Positions 56,488 to 64,000 of a stretch of 64,000 nt of DNA are shown here, in pieces. Location: positions 229,400,001-229,464,000 of the forward strand of contig OZ024740.1 of assembly GCA_964016885.1 (NCBI GenBank), written 5' to 3'. Source of the DNA: Eledone cirrhosa (taxonomy: Eukaryota). Both the position numbers and the translations under genes were made by a program. The notes under the pieces are model-generated. The model had not been told where the DNA came from. It ran no database searches and saw nothing but the letters and a program-made list of their open reading frames with translations. The number at the start of each line of letters is the position of its first letter. Within the stretch, counting starts at the first letter, position 1.

Positions 56488-56592
56488 GTGATATGTATGT
56501 GTGTATATATATATATATATATGTGATATGTATGTGTGTATATATATATATGATGTGTATGTATATATATATATATATATATATGTGATGTG

Positions 56593-56623
<31 letters not shown>

Positions 56624-56687
56624 GATGTGTATGTATATATATATATATATATGATGTGTATGTATATATATATATATATATGATGTG

Positions 56688-56733
<46 letters not shown>

Positions 56734-56778
56734 ATGTTTATGTGTATATATATATATAAATAAATATATATATGATGT

Positions 56779-56826
<48 letters not shown>

Positions 56827-56939
56827 TGTATGTGTACATATATATATATATATATCATATATATACATGTATATACAATTCTACACACACACATATATAT
56901 ATATGTATATATAGATTATTTTTTTCGTTTTCCATTCGT

Positions 56940-56980
<41 letters not shown>

Positions 56981-56988
56981 TTATTTTC

Positions 56989-57062
<74 letters not shown>

Positions 57063-57139
57063 AGTAATGTCTTTCAAATACAACGAGGTTATTAAGCAAA
57101 GAACTTAATGGCTGGGAACAATATTTACACACATAATTA

Positions 57140-57332
57140 TAATTGTTTCTACTTTTGGCACAAGGCCAGCAATTATCTTAGTACATTACTGGTACTTTAT
57201 TTTATCGACCTCGTAAGGATGAAAGGCAAAGTTAACCCCGACGGGATTTGAACTCAGAATGGCAAGGGCCGTAACTCTATGCGTCAAAGCATGGCGAGTG
57301 AAGTAAAACAAATGGTAGACATTATGGTACAC
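57140..57332 (-). mobile_element. chimeric SINE with replaced 5' head
   Basis: reverse complement of 49922-50103, including the non-SINE leader. Confidence 0.85.
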
Positions 57333-58111
57333 ACACACAGTTACACATACATACTGAGACATACACACACAGTCACATATAAATACTCACACATGCTCAC
57401 ACACGCAGTCACACATACATACTGAAACATACACACACACAGTCACACATACTTACTCACATATGCGCACACACACACAGTCATACGTGCATACTCACAC
57501 ATGCACACACACACACAGAGTCACACATACATACTTACATAAGCACACACACACACAGTCCCACATACATACTCACATATGCTCACACACACAGTCATAC
57601 GTACATACACACATATGCATACACACACACACAGTCCCACATACATACTTACATATGCTCACACACACAGTCATATATATATATATACAAACAAGCCCGC
57701 ACACAGTCATACGTACATACTCGCATATGCCCACACACACACACAAATACACACACATACGCAAGCTTACTCACACACACAGATACACACATACACACAC
57801 ACATATCCACACACACAAATGCATGCACAAGCACATGTACATGCACAGAAGCACACACACACACATACACACACTTACACACACTTACATACAGTCACAT
57901 ACATACATACATACATACATACATACATACATACAAACACAAATAAACATACATACCCCCCCCCCCCCGCCATACATACACACAAACACAAATAAACACA
58001 TAAACTCATACATATAGTGTGGAAACGTATGGCTATGTGGTTAGGGTTTTCGGCTTGCGGTCATAATATCGTGGTTTTCTTGAGCGAGACACATTATTTC
58101 ATGTCACATAA

Positions 58112-58298
58112 GGCGGTGGATTGGCAGTATCGGTAGAGGGTCAGACACCATGCTTTTCAGCATAGTTACGTCCCTTTACGATCTGAGTTCAAATCTCGCC
58201 GAGGTTGACTTTGCCTTTCATCCTTACGGGGTCGATAAAATAAAGTACCAGTAATGCACTGGATAATTGCTGGCCTTGTGCCTAAAGTAGAAACAATT
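58112..58298 (+). mobile_element. full-length major SINE with 16-bp TSD, nested in an older SINE
   Basis: TSD attatttcatgtcaca at 58093-58108 and 58296-58311. Confidence 0.92.
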
Positions 58299-58801
58299 AT
58301 TTCATGTCACACTGAATCTCCCAGAGGCAAGAGCACATACTTCTCCATCAACTGGAATATAGTAGAAAAATCTCGACCATTTATATATAAATGGACACAA
58401 CACCTTCCGATTATGCAATGATGAGAAATTGTAGTCATTGAATAATCTCCACAACACCAACACAAACCGTTTGACACACGGACAGAATTCTTCTCACGAT
58501 GTTTTCACGTTTCTAAACACCTTTTAAACAACTGACCTCCTCAATACTGATTTATTTGTTTCCTCAAAAAATCATTCTTAATTTATTGATTAATGTCTCG
58601 TCCCATCAAATCTACTAACTAGTTAGCGTTTGTTCTGTCATATTGTCCTCCCTTGACTCTTTAGATCATTTTCTTTATTTCTTTTGTGGGTAAACATTGT
58701 CCGGTTCATTTTTATCGGCACGGGTTTAACAAGTTGATTCTCCTGACTAACAAATCATCCGTATCTGATATGACGCCGTTGTAGTTACTGACCTTAATAA
58801 T

Positions 58802-59078
58802 AATTGTTTCTACTTTATGCACAAGGCCAGCAATTATCCCAGTGCATTACTGGTACTTTATTTTATCGACCCCGTAAGGATGAAAGGCAAAGTTAACCTC
58901 GGCGGGATTTGAACTCAGACGATAAAGGGCCGTAACTCTATGCTGCAAAGCATGGCGTCCGACCCTCTACCGATACTGCCAATCCACCGCCCTTAATAAT
59001 AATCGACTGGCCTTAATAATAATTGTTTCTACTTTAGGTACAAGGCCAGCAAATTACCCAGTGCATTACTGGTACTTT
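58802..59078 (-). mobile_element. full-length major SINE plus adjacent 3' fragment
   Basis: flanking ccttaataataat repeats. Confidence 0.9.
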
Positions 59079-59200
59079 AATAATAATATATATATAGAGA
59101 GAGAGAGATGACTTGTTATTTTTCTCTAAAATATTTTTTTAGCATTTCCACCACTGACCACTCTCCTCAATCTTTCTATTTCTTCTTTAATTTCTCATCC

Positions 59201-59240
59201 TATTTTCTGATGAAGGACTAGCGCCCGAAATCTTAAGATA
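59201..59240 (+). ncRNA. minimal hammerhead motif
   Basis: tatttt CTGATGA a ggac-tagc-gccc GAAA tc TT aagata; inverted copy at ~59682-59714. Confidence 0.55.
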
Positions 59241-59369
59241 TTTTTCCTACTATATCAAACGTAAAACTAATAATATATTTCTTCATTGTACTGTGTCGTT
59301 TGCTTTGTTATTTCTGTTTGCCTTTGGCATATATATATATATATACACATATACATATTTGTGCATGTA

Positions 59370-59457
<88 letters not shown>

Positions 59458-59530
59458 CCACTCTCAAGAGCGTGAAATTAATAAACATTTGTTTGTACTG
59501 CCTCTCTGTTTTGTTCCCGTTCAATTTTTC

Positions 59531-59593
<63 letters not shown>

Positions 59594-59714
59594 GCCAAAG
59601 CCAAACAGAAATAACAAAGCAAACGACACAATACAATGAAGAAATATATTATTAGTTTTACGTTTGATATAGTAGGAAAAGTGTCTTAAGATTTCGGACG
59701 CAAGTCCTTCATCA
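59208..59714. repeat. inverted pair of HHR modules around (TA)n
   Basis: 59208-59331 vs 59591-59714. Confidence 0.9.
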
Positions 59715-59719
59715 TATAT

Positions 59720-59793
<74 letters not shown>

Positions 59794-59957
59794 TAATACT
59801 ATAACTAAATAATGCGCTCTTTCGTCATACATCCTGCCACATTCTCAATGACTATTCTTGCACCCCTGTGTCGCATCTTTGTTCTGATCTTATTCTAATT
59901 CCTCCGTCTTGTCCTTCTGGGGTGTGTAAGAGGTCTGTGCATGTCCGTGTGTGTGTG

Positions 59958-59991
<34 letters not shown>

Positions 59992-60007
59992 TGTGTGTGT
60001 GTGTGTG

Positions 60008-60133
<126 letters not shown>

Positions 60134-60273
60134 TGATCATTTCTGTATTCAAAGTAGAATGAATTATAAGTTTATCTCCGGTTCTTATTGCATTGTAAAG
60201 AAACGAAGATATAAATATCGATATTTTAGATATCACACATATACACACACACACACACTCACACTCACACACG

Positions 60274-60320
<47 letters not shown>

Positions 60321-60475
60321 ACACACACACAAGTGTGTGCGTACATTTACTTATTTAATCAGTGTTGGATGACTTGAATTCAGAGTGTAGAGATGAAACT
60401 AACCACAGTATCTCATTTCGGCCACAAATCCAACTTCCGTGCTAACTCGGCACAAATAAATGCCTGTATACATAC

Positions 60476-60551
<76 letters not shown>

Positions 60552-60643
60552 TAGATACATACATAATTAAATACATATATATGCATATATTAGATACATA
60601 CATACATACAAACATTATATATATTTATATGTGTGTGTGTGTG

Positions 60644-60740
<97 letters not shown>

Positions 60741-60881
60741 CATACGTAAAAAGAAGATTCAGATCTGCACAGACAGATGAAATAATTCTTCTTTAATTAA
60801 ACTATAATTCCATATAACTCTACAACCTCGATATTCACTCTCAAGACCTCTTTCTCTCTCTCACACACACATTCACACGCG

Positions 60882-60949
<68 letters not shown>

Positions 60950-61789
60950 ATATATATATAACCTGAATGAAATAATAATTAAGTACTAATAGTATTTAAT
61001 GCTTGGTCGGTTTACGTCAAAATCATCTCCGTTTGTCTTGCTATGCATGTCACTGGGCTATGGAGAAAGCGTTGACAGAGAGCAGGGACCAAGGATTTAT
61101 TAACAACAACAACGCCATTGTAAACGGCTTTAGCAGAAGGGGGGGGGGCGGTGCTGTATGAAACTTTCAGTGAAGGAATCAAGGAAGCAAAGTTTCATCC
61201 GAGATGATGCAACGTATCCATTTTCATTTTCATTTTTGTTTGTATTAGAACACCGTCAAAGTGTGTGGCTTAGTGGTCAGAGTGCTCAGCTTTCGATCGT
61301 AAAGTAACGTGTTCGATTGTTGCTGATGTGTCTTTGTACTAGAGCAATACATATCTATTATATTTCACTGGTGTGAGAGGGCTTACGTGGGTCACTGGTC
61401 TCAGAACGATTACTTGAGTCACTAGTCTCCAGATCTAACAGATGAAAAAATGACAATGAGAAAATCACCCCCCCCCCCCCTTAATAATTAGTCGGAAGAT
61501 GAAACATTGAGCCATTGACTCTTTTTAGGACGTCCGAGACTAATAGGAGGGAGAGAGGAAGTTATATTTGGTAGGCATGACTGAAACAGAGTGAACTCCG
61601 CTCAGATCAATGGTGATAAACCAGGAAACGATGAGGTCTACCAGCCAAGAACATGAGCAGCAGTCCGTCTGTAGGGCTTTCACGCAGTTTCTGTCTGACA
61701 AGGTTTTGGCCGGCCTGAGTCTATGATAGAACATACTTGCTCAAGATCCCGAGCACTGATATCGGACTGGAAACCTCGTAGATGAGAAA

Positions 61790-61979
61790 TAATTGTTTCT
61801 ACTTTTGGCACAAGGCCAGCAATTTCCCAGTGTATTACTGGTACTTTATTTTATCGACCCCGTAAGGATGAAAGGCAAAGTTAACCTCGGCGGGATTTGA
61901 ACTCAGAATGGCAAGGGCCGTAACTCTATGCATCAAAGCATGGCGTCCGACCCTCTACCGATACTGCCAATTCACCGCC
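61790..61979 (-). mobile_element. full-length major SINE
   Basis: SINE match ending caccgcc. Confidence 0.9.
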
Positions 61980-62244
61980 AATTAAAAATAATAAAACAAA
62001 AATAGAGTCATACTTTTAATTCAAGGGGACGGCTGTGTCACTCTGAATCTTCCTGAGAACTATATTAAGGCTGTGCGTGTCCGTGACATGATCAGCCACT
62101 TTACCCATTTCAACAATGGGAACTCTTGACGTCGTAACCGACGGAGATCCGACAGCACAATAAGTGTCATTCACATTCTTATTCCTTCTTCTGTTATGAT
62201 CTAGTTTGTTATTGTTGTAGTTGTCGTTGTCATTGTTGTTTTCG

Positions 62245-62286
<42 letters not shown>

Positions 62287-63068
62287 CGCGTATGATTTGA
62301 AAGCTGACATTCACTGCACGCACAACTAATATCTTCAATTGTATTTATTTCTCAGGTTTGGGTGGATTTAAACCAACCCACCCACCCAGCGTTCGACCGG
62401 GGGTCTTTTTAACGACAGAGGTGATGGTAGGGCGTCTGTTTCGGGTAGGGCAAAATGTTTGTAGATAAGTGTTCAAACAAGTAGTTGTCTTTATGATTTA
62501 ATGCTAGGAACAGGTTCAGTTCATCAATGTCAACGTTGTAAATCAGCTTCACCTTCACGCTGTTTGGGGAAGATCACACGCACGGTTGCATTCACCAGCA
62601 ACCCTGCTGCGGTTCTCTTCCGTGCTATCAGAAACCTCCACCACTGACATCTCTATTAGGGGGCGTAAACTTAGTGAAAGGAAGTGTGATATTCTACAAT
62701 TGCTGGCAGTGTACAGGACACGTGGGTGGGTCCAACAATAGGATCAATAGAAGAATTATGTTAACTTCCAAAGACCAAATAAAATAGTGGGTGGTTGCTC
62801 CATTGTTTATTGCTTGAGAGTTATAGGCTGTCAACTGTTTTTCATTGTAAAATTTTTCACTATATTCCCATATGGCCATTTAGATAATGTTGATCATTTT
62901 TCTTGGCCTTTCATTACCCAAATTTCTAATGAAAAAACGCTGCTTATGATTTGGAAGGATTTAGTCATTTAAGTAATCAAGCAAATAGGACCATCAAATA
63001 CCTAGATCTGAATGTAGATACACCTAGAACAAATGCAATGTAATCACTGAATGTCCCTACATGTAAAT

Positions 63069-63168
63069 AATTGTTTCTACTTTAGGCACAAGGCCAGCAA
63101 TTACCCAGTACATTACTGGTACTTTATTTTATCAACCCCGTAAGGATGAAAGGCAAAGTTAACCTCGG
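63069..63168 (-). mobile_element. 5'-truncated major SINE with 9-bp TSD
   Basis: gtaaataat on both sides. Confidence 0.85.
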
Positions 63169-64000
63169 TAAATAATACACTCCGAAAACAAAGCTAGTAA
63201 TAATCAAAACACCCAGTTGATAAGACCATCGAATTCCTATTACTAATACACTCATTAAAACAAAGCCAATTGCAAGCTAGCTTTCTCGTTATTTAGTTAA
63301 CTTTAAACAAGGCTCCGATATAAAATTATGATGGCAGGTTTTTAGATAAATATAAACACTTTTTAAAAAATGGCCCTCTATCATAAAGGCGTTGCTCATA
63401 ACCTGAATGACTCTAGCCTGTATTTGGAGGACGGATTAGTGATAATGAAGGAATAATGGTCGGATATTTAAGTATCAACAACAACATAGAATTGATAAAT
63501 GTGTCCGAACATGGAAGAGCCGAACTCCCACTTCAACCGACTCCATCTCTCTCGCCCTCCCCATCTCTCACTATTATGAACAAATGGAATTCCACATACT
63601 GGCCGCCCCACGGTCCCGGCGAACAGAATGGAGAAGGCGTTTCCCCAGAGGATGGTAAGGGAGATGAGCTAGAAGAGTCATTCAATCTCGCCTGTATTTT
63701 GTATTCTGATTTGGACAAGGCAGCAGCGGGTTGGTCAGTTTAAAAGAAACGGAGTGGAAAATAAAACCCCGAGAGATCAGTAACACAGCAACAGAGTATG
63801 AAACCTTACCCTAAAAAGTCAGAGGACACTAAAACATGAATGAATGAAAGAAAGAAAGCAATAGTCGATATGGCCAGCGTTAAAAAAAATAAACTACAAC
63901 TACAACAACAAAACCCCAGCACTCCCACTACATCAACAACACCGCCACAGGAAAAATACACGATCATATTACTAGCAATCACCACACAATAAGCAACACT

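Overview
This is eukaryotic, AT-rich, microsatellite-saturated DNA with no confidently identifiable host gene. Nearly all ORFs in the supplied track are translations of (TA)n, (CA)n, (CATA)n or (CAC)n tracts. The dominant ~185-bp tRNA-derived SINE resembles, from recall, the SINEs of octopod cephalopods, so an octopus-like source is likely (inference). Recognisable transposon remnants are R4/Dong-like RLE LINEs (4.3-5.9, 13.3-14.2 and 47.6-47.8 kb), a decayed Penelope-like element (PLE) with RT and GIY-YIG domains (20.2-21.8 kb), an RTE LINE with a (GAA)37 tail, and hAT-, piggyBac- and Tc1-like MITEs. The main hidden signal is about 25 type I hammerhead ribozyme (HHR) motifs, found by hand, from roughly 16 sequence families. 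They sit in short non-coding modules embedded in (TA)n tracts. They include two unrelated U3-A8 core variants, partial-tandem retrozyme-like units (one begins exactly at the predicted cleavage site), and many fold-back inverted duplications whose turn points fall inside the ribozyme. All folds were read by eye and activity is untested.
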